A stretch of DNA of 64,000 nt from Salinibacterium sp. (GTDB lineage Bacteria; Actinomycetota; Actinomycetes; Actinomycetales; Microbacteriaceae). The number at the start of each line of letters is the position of its first letter. The first letter of the stretch is position 1. Below the pieces are notes generated by a model. It had not been told where the DNA came from and searched no databases. It saw only the letters and a program-made list of their open reading frames with translations. The DNA is taken from assembly GCA_043721995.1 (NCBI GenBank), contig JAYSPT010000100.1, forward strand, positions 6,592-70,591, written 5' to 3'. Positions 40,005 to 49,530 of this stretch are shown here, piece after piece. A program made the position numbers and the translations under genes.

Positions 40005-41114
40005 TTGGCACTCTTCACCGATCTTGAGTCAGACCGGCCACCGCGACCGCGCCGTCGGCTCGTCGGCCGGATCATCCTCGTCGCCGCCATTGTCGGTCTC
40101 GTCGTTGTCGCACTCGCGCCTGCGCCCTTTGTGATCGAACAGCCGGGCCCGGTTTACAACGTGCTGGGGGATGTCACGGTGAGTGGCAAGCAGGTTCCTC
40201 TCATCGATATTCCGAGCGCAAAGACTTTCGACACCTCGGGCACTCTGGACATGCTCACGGTGAGCCTCGTGGGAGACCCCGGCAACCTGCCCAACTGGCT
40301 TGACATCGCATCCGCAATCCTGGATCCCTCGCGGGCTGTGGTGCCCATCAAAGAGATCTACCCACCCGGCTACTCTGTGCAGGATTCAAACCAGCAGGGT
40401 GCAGTCGATATGCAGAACTCCCAGCAGGATGCGATTGCCGCAGCGCTGACAGAGCTCGGGTACACCTTCTCAAGCACTCTCACGGTCGCCTCCACCGAAG
40501 CCAGCGGACCAGCCGCCACCTCCCTCAAAGCGAACGACGTGATTGTCTCGGTCAACGGCAAGACATTCACGAACGTCACGGACCTGCGCGCTGAGATCGC
40601 CGCAAACGGCACCGGCAAGCCCGCAGACGTGGTCGTCGAACGCGCTGGCGCACAGCTGACCTACCAGATCACACCGGTGCAGAGCGCGGGCGCCAACTCC
40701 GCTCCGATTCTTGGGATCGTCGCTGGCAACAAGTACGACTTCCCGATCGACGTGACGATCCAGCTTCAGAACGTGGGCGGCCCGAGTGCGGGCCAGATGT
40801 TCGCCCTCGGCATTATCGACAAGCTCACCCCCGGCGCACTCAACGGCGGCAAGAGTATTGCGGGGACGGGCACTATTACAGCCGCGGGACAGGTCGGGCC
40901 AATTGGCGGCATCCGGCAGAAGATGTTCGGCGCACGTGGTTCTGGTGCGACGTTCTTTCTGGCACCCCAGTCCAACTGCGACGAGGTGACAGGGCATATC
41001 CCTTCGGGCTTGACGGTATTCGCCGTGTCTACGCTCGGCGACTCACTGGCAGCGCTGAAGGAGATCTCGGCGGGTGCCGACACCGCGAACCTTCCCACCT
41101 GCCCCGCGAGCTGA
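40005..41114 (+). CDS. YlbL-like PDZ/Lon-type protease
   Basis: N-terminal TM, PGPVYNV, PDZ, GGPSAG Ser and GGIRQK Lys dyad; TTG start with SD agaggga. Confidence 0.9.
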   Translation: MALFTDLESDRPPRPRRRLVGRIILVAAIVGLVVVALAPAPFVIEQPGPVYNVLGDVTVSGKQVPLIDIPSAKTFDTSGTLDMLTVSLVGDPGNLPNWLDIASAILDPSRAVVPIKEIYPPGYSVQDSNQQGAVDMQNSQQDAIAAALTELGYTFSSTLTVASTEASGPAATSLKANDVIVSVNGKTFTNVTDLRAEIAANGTGKPADVVVERAGAQLTYQITPVQSAGANSAPILGIVAGNKYDFPIDVTIQLQNVGGPSAGQMFALGIIDKLTPGALNGGKSIAGTGTITAAGQVGPIGGIRQKMFGARGSGATFFLAPQSNCDEVTGHIPSGLTVFAVSTLGDSLAALKEISAGADTANLPTCPAS

Positions 41115-41200
41115 GCACGCGCGGTAGTTTCCCACTTTCCGACCTTAAGATAGGCACGACTCGATAAACCCAGGCCCAAGAAAAGCAGGAGCATCCACTA

Positions 41201-44059
41201 GTGTCTACACAGCAGGGCACGACCAGGAACAACCGCACAAGGGTCGTTCTCACGGTCACCGCCGTCATTATCGCGGTTCTCATCATCGCCTTCTTCATCG
41301 TCGCAAATCTCTACACCGACGTTCTCTGGTTCAGCCAGCTCGGCTATTTGAGCGTGCTAACCACACAGTGGATCGCTGGCGGCGTGATGTTCTTCATCGG
41401 GTTCTTCGCGATGGCCGTGCCGGTGTGGATCTCGATTGTGGTGGCGTTTCGCTCCCGCCCCGTGTACGCGAAACTGAATTCGCAGCTGGATCGCTACCAG
41501 CAGGTAATCGAACCTCTTCGGCGTTTCGCGATGGTCGGAATCCCCGTGGTGCTCGGCATTTTCGCCGGGCTCTCGACCGCATCACACTGGCAGATCGTGC
41601 TGCAGTGGCTCAACAAGACCTCCTTCGGACAGCGCGACCCGCTGTTCGGACTCGATATCTCGTTCTACTTCTTCGAACTGCCGATGTACCACGCTGCCCT
41701 GGGCTTGGCATCCGCGATTTCCCTCATCTGCCTGATTGCTGTTTTGGCGACCTGCTACCTCTACGGTTCGATCCGTTTCAACGGCCGCGAAGTTCGCATC
41801 TCGCGTGCTGCCCGCGTGCAAATTGCCGTAACCGCGGCGATCTTTCTCTTCCTGCAGGCGATCAGCATCTGGTTTGACCAGTACACGACGGTGTACACGC
41901 AGGGCCAGGGCTTTCTTCAGACCGGCGCTGGCTACACCGAGGCGAGCGCGACAATACCCGGCCGCGCGATTCTGGCGGGCATTGCTGCATTCGTCGCGAT
42001 TCTCTTCGTTGTCACGGCGATCATCGGGCGTTGGCGTCTTCCGATCATCGGCACTGCTCTGCTGCTCGTGAGCGGCCTCGTCCTCGGCAGCATCTACCCG
42101 TGGATCGTTCAGCGCTTTCAGGTTGAGCCCAGTGCCCGCACGCTCGAAGCTCCCTTCATTGACCACAGCATCCAGGCCACCCGCACCGCATACGGCGTCG
42201 CCGGCGTGTCTACGGTCCCGTACAGCGCCACGACGAGCGTGCAACCGGGCGCGCTAAAGCAGGACGCCCAAACCACGGCCAATATCCGCATCCTCGACCC
42301 GGCGATCGCACCGCAGGCATTCGCCCAGCTTCAGCAGTTCAAGCAGTACTACCAGTTTCCGAAGCACTTGGACGTCGACCGTTACACCATCGACGGAAAG
42401 ACTCAGGACACCGTAATTTCCGTGCGCGAACTCAACCAGGCCGGCCTCGCTGACAGCGCACGAACCTGGTACAACAACACGGTCGTCTACACGCACGGAT
42501 ACGGTGTTGTCGCCGCGTACGGCAACCAGCGTGCAACCGGTGGCCAACCGGTCTTCCTGGAATCGGGGGTTCCCAGTGTGGGATCGCTGGGTTCATTCGA
42601 GCCACGCATCTATTTTGGAGAGCAATCGCCCACGTACTCGATTGTCGGCGCCCCGAAAGCGAACACGCCAATCGAGCTCGACTATCCCGCTGGCGGCAGC
42701 AACAGCGAGCAGAACGCCACCACGACGTTCTCCGGCAACGGCGGACCGGTTCTCGACAATGGCTTCAAGAAGCTCATCTACGCGATCAAGTTCCAGTCGG
42801 AGCAGATATTCCTGTCGAATGCTGTCACGAGCCAGTCCCAGATTCTCTACGACCGCAACCCAACGGCGCGCGTGCAGAAGGTCGCGCCTTACCTCACGCT
42901 CGACAGCGATACCTACCCCGCCATCGTTGATGGCCGCACCGTGTGGATCGTTGACGGTTACACCACGGGCACTAACTACCCGTACTCCCAGACCGAGCAG
43001 CTGTCCACTGCGATCGCTGACACGTACCGGCCGTTGCCGGAGTTCGCGGTGGATGACATTAACTACATTCGCAACTCGGTGAAGGCAACTGTCGATGCCT
43101 ACGACGGCAGCGTGAAGTTGTACGCCTGGGATCCTAATGACCCGATGCTAAAGACATGGGAGAAGATCTTCCCCTCGACCGTACTGCCGATGAGCGACAT
43201 GAGCGCGCAGCTCACGGCTCACGTGCGCTACCCCTCGGACTTGTTCAAGGTGCAGCGCGCGATTCTGGGTTCATTCCATGTCACGGACCCGAGTTCGTTC
43301 TACTCGAGCGACGACCAGTGGATCACGCCGCCCGACCCGGTCTCGACGACCGATACCCTCCAGCCGCCGTACTACCTGACGATGCAGGTGCCGGGTACTG
43401 ACCACCCCGCGTTCACGCTGTACTCGACGTATATCCCGAAGGCGAGCGCGGATTCTTCCCGAAACGTACTGACCGGTTATCTGGCGGTCGATTCGGATGC
43501 CGGACCGAACTACGGAAAGCTCACGCTGCTGACCCTGCCCAAACAGGATACGGTTCCGGGTCCCGGACAGGTCGAGAACAACTTCAAGACGGATACCGTC
43601 GTCGCGAACCAGCTTGCCCTGCTGCAGAAGGGCGATACCGAAGTCAAGCTCGGTAACCTCCTCACGTTGCCAGTCGGCGGTGGACTGCTGTACGTGCAGC
43701 CGGTGTACGTGCAAGCGACCACCGGCACGATCTACCCGCTGCTGCGCAAGGTACTCGTCTCGTTTGGAAACCAGATCGCTTTCGAGGACACCCTCAACGG
43801 GGCCCTCGACAAGTTGTTCGGTGGTAACTCGGGTGCCGTCGCGGGCGATGGTTCGGTTCCGAACTCCCCCACCACGCCGACGACTCCCACCACGCCTACT
43901 ACAAATGCCGCGTTGACCCAAGCGCTCTCGGCTTACCAGACGGCGCTTACCGACCGCAGTGCGGACTACGCTGCAGGTGATTTGGTCGCGGCGGCCCAGG
44001 CCGATGCGCGCATGGTCACCGCGGTGCAGGCCGCGATCGCCGCGACCGCGGGCCAGTAG
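41201..44059 (+). CDS. UPF0182 family membrane protein
   Basis: YTDVLWF, DPLFGLDISFYFF, YTHGYG, EPRIYFGE, NYIRNSVKATVDAYDG, VRYPSDLFKVQR; adjacent to tRNA-fMet. Confidence 0.95.
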   Translation: MSTQQGTTRNNRTRVVLTVTAVIIAVLIIAFFIVANLYTDVLWFSQLGYLSVLTTQWIAGGVMFFIGFFAMAVPVWISIVVAFRSRPVYAKLNSQLDRYQQVIEPLRRFAMVGIPVVLGIFAGLSTASHWQIVLQWLNKTSFGQRDPLFGLDISFYFFELPMYHAALGLASAISLICLIAVLATCYLYGSIRFNGREVRISRAARVQIAVTAAIFLFLQAISIWFDQYTTVYTQGQGFLQTGAGYTEASATIPGRAILAGIAAFVAILFVVTAIIGRWRLPIIGTALLLVSGLVLGSIYPWIVQRFQVEPSARTLEAPFIDHSIQATRTAYGVAGVSTVPYSATTSVQPGALKQDAQTTANIRILDPAIAPQAFAQLQQFKQYYQFPKHLDVDRYTIDGKTQDTVISVRELNQAGLADSARTWYNNTVVYTHGYGVVAAYGNQRATGGQPVFLESGVPSVGSLGSFEPRIYFGEQSPTYSIVGAPKANTPIELDYPAGGSNSEQNATTTFSGNGGPVLDNGFKKLIYAIKFQSEQIFLSNAVTSQSQILYDRNPTARVQKVAPYLTLDSDTYPAIVDGRTVWIVDGYTTGTNYPYSQTEQLSTAIADTYRPLPEFAVDDINYIRNSVKATVDAYDGSVKLYAWDPNDPMLKTWEKIFPSTVLPMSDMSAQLTAHVRYPSDLFKVQRAILGSFHVTDPSSFYSSDDQWITPPDPVSTTDTLQPPYYLTMQVPGTDHPAFTLYSTYIPKASADSSRNVLTGYLAVDSDAGPNYGKLTLLTLPKQDTVPGPGQVENNFKTDTVVANQLALLQKGDTEVKLGNLLTLPVGGGLLYVQPVYVQATTGTIYPLLRKVLVSFGNQIAFEDTLNGALDKLFGGNSGAVAGDGSVPNSPTTPTTPTTPTTNAALTQALSAYQTALTDRSADYAAGDLVAAAQADARMVTAVQAAIAATAGQ

Positions 44060-44187
44060 GGATATCCCCGACCATTCGAACCCCGGAGTCACTCGCCCAT
44101 CACTATGCCCGCGCACGAACGCTGTTCAGCGCTTTAGCGGGCGTGCCGTGAGTGCCCGCCGCCTCTGTGATAGCCTTGGGTTTACAG

Positions 44188-44261
44188 CGCGGGGTGGAGC
44201 AGTTCGGTAGCTCGCTGGGCTCATAACCCAGAGGTCGCAGGTTCAAATCCTGTCCCCGCAA
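44188..44261 (+). tRNA. tRNA-fMet (CAT), CCA not encoded
   Basis: CGCGGGGTGGAGCAGTTCGGTAGCTCGCTGGGCTCATAACCCAGAGGTCGCAGGTTCAAATCCTGTCCCCGCAA; anticodon CAT 44222-44224; C1:A72 mismatch of initiator tRNAs. Confidence 0.97.
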
Positions 44262-44267
44262 CAGAAA

Positions 44268-44303
44268 ATGAAAAGGCTCGGTCTCTTGACCGGGCCTTTT
44301 CAT
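44268..44303 (+). terminator. Intrinsic terminator after tRNA-fMet
   Basis: ATGAAAAGGCTCGGTC-TCTT-GACCGGGCCTTTTCAT, 16-bp stem with one G-U pair. Confidence 0.8.
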
Positions 44304-44478
44304 ATTCCGTGGGGAGTGGACCTGGCCCATCGCGCGGGACCGGATGATCAGCTCAGGGGACTCTGGCCACCCATCGAAATCGAACTGCGCAAAGTCGTCC
44401 CGTGATCTGGGATTGTTTTGTGGCTTTCCTGCGTTAGAACCGGTGAAGCGTTGAGAAAAACAACAAACGGCGCGGGAG

Positions 44479-44883
44479 ATGGCCATGCAGAAGGTTTACG
44501 AAGAGGTTGAAGATGACGCCGGTGGCGTCAGCAAGTACCGCAGGCACGACAACGGTCGCGGGTTCGTATCAATGAAGGCGACGGCGCATGCCAGCGCCTA
44601 TATCGAAGCGACAACCTACGTTGAACGGGGTGCAGAGATCGGGGCCAACGCGTGGATCGGCGCGGGCACTTGGATCGACGCAGACGCATTCATCGGCGCG
44701 GGCGCTTTCATTGGGAGCAACGTTCACATTGGGGCGCAGGCAACCATCGGTCGCGGCGCCCGGATCGGCAGCCACTCGCGGATCGCCGAAGGCACACGGG
44801 TCGCCGACGGGGTGCGGGTTGAGCGCGACTCCCGGGTTGAGACCGGTAGCAATATCAGGCGCAACATCGGGCGAGCGGCCTGA
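44479..44883 (+). CDS. Small hexapeptide-repeat (left-handed beta-helix) protein
   Basis: Repeated [IV]GxxAx units (IGANAW-IGAGTW-IDADAF-IGAGAF-IGSNVH-IGAQAT-IGRGAR-IGSHSR). Confidence 0.8.
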   Translation: MAMQKVYEEVEDDAGGVSKYRRHDNGRGFVSMKATAHASAYIEATTYVERGAEIGANAWIGAGTWIDADAFIGAGAFIGSNVHIGAQATIGRGARIGSHSRIAEGTRVADGVRVERDSRVETGSNIRRNIGRAA

Positions 44884-44895
44884 TTCATTCCTGAG

Positions 44896-44935
44896 AGCGT
44901 GACCGGTTCGGCGTGCATACCGAACCGGTCACGCT
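44896..44935. terminator. Perfect 16-bp hairpin
   Basis: AGCGTGACCGGTTCGG-CGTGCATA-CCGAACCGGTCACGCT, 12 nt after the hexapeptide gene stop. Confidence 0.65.
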
Positions 44936-45097
44936 TGTCTGGGGGTGATGCTGAGCCCCCTATGCGGGGTACATTTGCGGTAGGGAGCACCTTGCGCTGG
45001 AACAGTGGGTGCCCGGCCAACGGACGAAGCAGACCGAGCCGAACAGGGCTATCCAGTGGGCATGTTATACGTACGCTCCCAAGAGACGGAGCACGCT

Positions 45098-46225
45098 ATG
45101 ACCAAGTTGGGTTTTCTCAGCACGTACCCGCCCACGCGGTGTGGCCTGGCTACCTTTACTGAAGCCTTGGCCGGTGCCATGGCTTATCCAGGCAGTCGTC
45201 AAGCCTGCGTTGTTCGCGTCGTCGATGAGCCCACTCCGCTCAACGAAAGGCGGTTCGGTCGCCGAGCAGTGATCGCCGAGCTGGTTGCAGGCGACGCGTT
45301 GGGCCGTTCAGCGAGCATCCAAGTCCTCAATGGTTTCGACGTCGTCATCGTGCAGCACGAGTACGGCATTTACGGCGGGCCCGACGGTGACGAGATAATC
45401 GATGTACTCGAGGGCGTGACCGCGCCGACCATCGTCATTTTCCATACCGTTCTGGATGCGCCAACCGTGCATCAAAAGCAGGTCCTGGAGCGAGTCGCCG
45501 AGCTTGCGACATCACTCGTGGTTATGTCGGATCAGGCGCTCGCCAATCTCGCCCGCTACGACGTGCCGATGCGCAAGGTGAGGTTGATTCCGCACGGAGT
45601 ACCCGAGTCGAGTTTTGCAGCACACGACCGCCCCCTGGGCCATCGCGTTCTCACGTGGGGCCTCATCGGGCCTGGGAAGGGGATCGAGTGGGGAATCGGT
45701 GCAATGGCCGAACTGGCTGACATGCTCCCGCGGCCGGAATACGTTGTCGTGGGTAAGACCCACCCGAAGGTGCTCGCCCACGCCGGCGAGGCCTACCGCG
45801 AATCCCTCGAGCAGATAGTGGCTCACCTGCATCTGGAAAATGTGGTTACCTTCGTTGATGAGTACCTCGACGCACACCAACTCGCGCGCTACGTGGACTC
45901 GGCCGACGTTGTGCTGGTGCCGTATGACAGCAAGGATCAGGTCACCTCGGGCGTGCTCGTTGAGGCTGTCGCCGCGGGAAAGCCCGTCATCTCGACTCGC
46001 TTCCCGCATGCCGTGGAGCTTCTGCAAAACGGTGCGGGCGTGATCGTCGACCAGCAGGATGCCACGCAGATTGCGGATGCGATCCGCGGTATCCTCGGGC
46101 ACGCGGGGCGAGCAGCGGAGATGTCGGCGGCCGCGTCTCGAGTGAGTGTGGGTACCGGGTGGCCCGAAGTGGCGCAGCAGTATTGGCAGCTTGCAGAAAG
46201 CATCCTGACAGTGCACGCAGCATGA
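45098..46225 (+). CDS. GT4 glycosyltransferase (mannosyltransferase-like subgroup)
   Basis: STYPPTRCGLATF, QHEYGIYGG, HTVL, IPHG, TWGLIGPGKGIE, QVTSGVLVEA. Confidence 0.9.
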   Translation: MTKLGFLSTYPPTRCGLATFTEALAGAMAYPGSRQACVVRVVDEPTPLNERRFGRRAVIAELVAGDALGRSASIQVLNGFDVVIVQHEYGIYGGPDGDEIIDVLEGVTAPTIVIFHTVLDAPTVHQKQVLERVAELATSLVVMSDQALANLARYDVPMRKVRLIPHGVPESSFAAHDRPLGHRVLTWGLIGPGKGIEWGIGAMAELADMLPRPEYVVVGKTHPKVLAHAGEAYRESLEQIVAHLHLENVVTFVDEYLDAHQLARYVDSADVVLVPYDSKDQVTSGVLVEAVAAGKPVISTRFPHAVELLQNGAGVIVDQQDATQIADAIRGILGHAGRAAEMSAAASRVSVGTGWPEVAQQYWQLAESILTVHAA

Positions 46226-47274
46226 TGCCCGCCACCGCTATGCGGGTCCTCCACGGCATCACGACCGATCCCGTTTACTTGCACCTTTCACACTTGACCG
46301 ACGACCGTGGCGTTTTCGAGCATGCGCTGGGCGATGAGCCGCGCAGGGAGCACGGGTATTGCGTTGACGACGTTGCTCGCGCGCTCATCGTGGCGGTGCG
46401 CGAACCGAACCAGACTCTCGAGTTGGGTGGAATCGCGGGTCTCTGCCTGCGCTTTCTCACGTCCGCCATCGAGCCGGACGGGAAGTCGCACAACCGACTG
46501 AATTCGCACGGTGAGTGGACTGACCGCGCAAGCACCGATGATTGCTGGGGTCGCTCCCTCTGGGCGCTCGGGGTCGCTGCCGTTCAGGCGCCCATGGCAG
46601 ACACCCGAGACGACGCGCTGGCCGCGTTCGTGCGCCTTGCCAGCCAGCGCTCGGTGGATGTTCGGGCAATGGCATTCGCATCGCTCGGCGCGAGTGAGTT
46701 GGTCTCGTCGGGAAACACCGACCCGGTCGTGCGCTCGCTACTCGTTGACGCGCTGACGATCATCCCCACTTCCGAAAGCTCGGGGTGGGGCTGGCCAGAA
46801 GACCGACTCAGGTACGCGAATGGAACCCTCGCGGAGGCGATTATTGCTGGTGGCGAAGCTACCGGAGATGCCGGTCTCACTCGTCGAGGCCTTGTCATAC
46901 TCGAGACGCTCATTCGGCTCGAGACCCGGGATGGGCATCTTTCGGTGACCGGCACGGATGGGCGCGGCCCAAGCGAAACAGGGCCACAATTCGACCAGCA
47001 GCCGATCGAAGTCGCCGCCATTGCGGATGCTGCGGCGCGAGCTTACGAGGCCACCGGCTCTGACCACTGGCTCGACGTGCTGAGGATGTCATGGCACTGG
47101 TTCCTCGGTGACAACGACAGTGGTGCGGTCATGATCGATGAAGTCACGGGTGCGGGGTTCGACGGACTCGAGAGTCGAGGTCGAAACGACAACCGCGGTG
47201 CTGAGTCAACTCTCGCTGCCCTCCGCACGTGGCAGAACGCGTGCCTCTATGGATTGCTCGAGGGGACCGCTTGA
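46222..47274 (+). CDS. Uncharacterised helical (six-hairpin-like) protein associated with GT4 and GH130
   Basis: HLTDDRGVFEHA, GYCVDDVARAL, DCWGRSLWALG, FDQQPIE, WFLGDN, NRGAESTLA; ATGA overlap with the GT4 stop. Confidence 0.75.
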   Translation: MMPATAMRVLHGITTDPVYLHLSHLTDDRGVFEHALGDEPRREHGYCVDDVARALIVAVREPNQTLELGGIAGLCLRFLTSAIEPDGKSHNRLNSHGEWTDRASTDDCWGRSLWALGVAAVQAPMADTRDDALAAFVRLASQRSVDVRAMAFASLGASELVSSGNTDPVVRSLLVDALTIIPTSESSGWGWPEDRLRYANGTLAEAIIAGGEATGDAGLTRRGLVILETLIRLETRDGHLSVTGTDGRGPSETGPQFDQQPIEVAAIADAAARAYEATGSDHWLDVLRMSWHWFLGDNDSGAVMIDEVTGAGFDGLESRGRNDNRGAESTLAALRTWQNACLYGLLEGTA

Positions 47275-48542
47275 CGCTCATTGCGACGGACAGCGGTATG
47301 CAGCTTGAGGCTGATCCGGCTCGCGTCGTTGCGAAGCTATTCCTGCCCGGCGAAAGTATCGCACCGGTGCAGATCCGGGCCGAGGCGATCTATGAACGTG
47401 TGCTGGCCCTCGACGATGCCACCGCGGCAGCGACCGCGAAGTCGATCCTTGACACGTTCTCACCGCGTCACGACGACCTGCCGGGCATCCTCGCCGATCA
47501 TGCGAAGGCCGGTCTCGCGCGCGTCGGTGGCACGATAGATGACCAATCGCCGCACTTCACGGTGCTTGGGGGTACATTCACCGCTGAGTATGCGGTGGAG
47601 GGGGCGGCCCTGTGCAACCCATCGCCGGTTCTTCATCCCGACCAAACCGGTCTAAAGCCGGGAGAGGCGCGGATTGCCCTCGCTGTTCGCGAGATTGGCG
47701 AGGGCCACGTATCGACCCTGGGTTTTGCGTGCGCAACGGTTGGCGCCGGGGGCTGGGCTTTCGAGGAGCGCGCATTGCCCCTTCGAGCGCCGGTCGTGAA
47801 GCGGGCAAACGACAGTTGGTCAAATTACGAGATCGTTTTTGCGGAGGACAGCAGCCTGAGCCAGCGCGTGGCGATGCCCGTGATTGACTCCGAACGCAAC
47901 GGCATCGAGGACGCGCGCTTCGTGCGCTTCACGGGTGCTGACGGGCATACCGACTACCGTGCGACGTACACCGCATACGACGGAACGGGGGTACTGCCAC
48001 GTCTGTTTGTCTCCGAAGACCTGGTGTCCTTCTCTAGTCACCCCCTCACCGGCGCGGCCGCGACGAACAAGGGCGTTGCGTTATTCCCGCGGCCGGTCGG
48101 CGGGGAAATCCTCGCGTTGGTGAGATCGGATGGTGAGTCGAACTTCGTTGCTCGCTCGCCCGACGGGCTCGCGTGGGGTCATGGGGCGATCATCCGAACG
48201 CCCGAGATGCCGTGGGAGATCGTCACTACCGGTAACTGTGGTTCACCGATCGAAACCTCGGAAGGCTGGCTCGTGATGACTCACGGCGTCGGTGCGATGC
48301 GGGTCTATTCGATGGGTGCGATGCTGCTCGACCTCGACGATCCAACGAAAGTGATCGGGCTGCTCAGGGAGCCGTTGCTGCGCTCGGACGGCACGAAACA
48401 GAACGGTTACGTGCCGAACGTGGTCTACTCCTGCGGTTCGATCGTGCATGAAGGCACGGTGTGGATCCCCTACGGTGTCGGCGATAACCGAATCCGTGTC
48501 GCGTCCGTGGGCCTTGACGAGTTGCTTGCCGCGATGCGCTAG
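47271..48542 (+). CDS. GH130-family glycoside phosphorylase/hydrolase
   Basis: NPSPVLHPDQ, EGHVS, GIEDARFVRF, TYTAYDG, NKGVALFPR, GNCGSPIET, THGVG, GYVPNVVYSCG; TTG start overlaps the upstream stop. Confidence 0.88.
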   Translation: MTLIATDSGMQLEADPARVVAKLFLPGESIAPVQIRAEAIYERVLALDDATAAATAKSILDTFSPRHDDLPGILADHAKAGLARVGGTIDDQSPHFTVLGGTFTAEYAVEGAALCNPSPVLHPDQTGLKPGEARIALAVREIGEGHVSTLGFACATVGAGGWAFEERALPLRAPVVKRANDSWSNYEIVFAEDSSLSQRVAMPVIDSERNGIEDARFVRFTGADGHTDYRATYTAYDGTGVLPRLFVSEDLVSFSSHPLTGAAATNKGVALFPRPVGGEILALVRSDGESNFVARSPDGLAWGHGAIIRTPEMPWEIVTTGNCGSPIETSEGWLVMTHGVGAMRVYSMGAMLLDLDDPTKVIGLLREPLLRSDGTKQNGYVPNVVYSCGSIVHEGTVWIPYGVGDNRIRVASVGLDELLAAMR

Positions 48543-48587
48543 CTGGCGCTGGATCTGGGCCGCGAAAGGCGGGGGTAGATTCGATTC

Positions 48588-49415
48588 ATGACGCCACTAC
48601 AGGCCCGCATCATTTACGACCTCAACGTCGTCCCGTCGATCGACCCAGCAGAGCAGGTGCGCCTGCGAGTCGACTTCCTGAAGGCTTACCTGCGCACCGT
48701 TTCCGCAGCGGGCTTCGTGCTGGGCATCAGCGGGGGGCAGGACTCCAGCCTCGCGGGTCGGCTGTGCCAGCTCGCCACTGAAGAGCTTCGTTCAGAGGGT
48801 TTCGCCGCCCAGTTCAAAGCCGTGCGCCTGCCCTACAGGGTGCAAGCGGACGAAGCGGATGCCCAACTCGCGCTCGACTTTATCAAGCCGGACAAATCGA
48901 TCACCTTCAACATTGGTCCCGGCGTGGATGGCGTCGGTGCCGAGTTCGGCGACGCAGCCGGTACTCCGCTCGCGGATTTCACGAAGGGGAATATGAAGGC
49001 GCGCATTCGCATGGTTGCGCAGTACGCGATCGCCGGCCAGGCGTCGCTGCTCGTCGTGGGCACCGACCACGCTGCCGAGGCAGTCACGGGATTCTTCACC
49101 AAGTACGGTGATGGGGGTGCCGACATCCTGCCACTGAGCGGACTGACCAAGCGGCAGGGTCGCACGATGCTCGAGTACCTCGGTGCGCCGGAACGGCTCT
49201 ACCTCAAGGCCCCCACCGCCGACTTGCTGGATGGCACTCCCGGCCAGACCGATGAGGCGAACCTGGGGCTCAGCTACGCCCAGATCGACGACTACCTCGA
49301 GGGGCGGGATGTTGCACCCGAGGTCGCCGAGGGGATCGAGACGCGCTACATCTCGACGATGCACAAACGCACCGTGCCTGTGACGCCATTCGATGACTGG
49401 TGGCGGGGTCGGTAA
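48588..49415 (+). CDS. nadE: Ammonia-dependent (single-domain) NAD+ synthetase
   Basis: [43 protein letters not shown]; 275 aa with no glutaminase domain. Confidence 0.95.
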   Translation: MTPLQARIIYDLNVVPSIDPAEQVRLRVDFLKAYLRTVSAAGFVLGISGGQDSSLAGRLCQLATEELRSEGFAAQFKAVRLPYRVQADEADAQLALDFIKPDKSITFNIGPGVDGVGAEFGDAAGTPLADFTKGNMKARIRMVAQYAIAGQASLLVVGTDHAAEAVTGFFTKYGDGGADILPLSGLTKRQGRTMLEYLGAPERLYLKAPTADLLDGTPGQTDEANLGLSYAQIDDYLEGRDVAPEVAEGIETRYISTMHKRTVPVTPFDDWWRGR

Positions 49416-49530
49416 GCCCCATCGCCGACGACGCCCACCGGCTGGGGTGACCGTGGGGTCGATGCCCGCCTGAAAGCGGCACTGCTGTCGTACCGGCAAC
49501 TGATCGCGTCCGGAGCCTAGGCTTAGCTCC

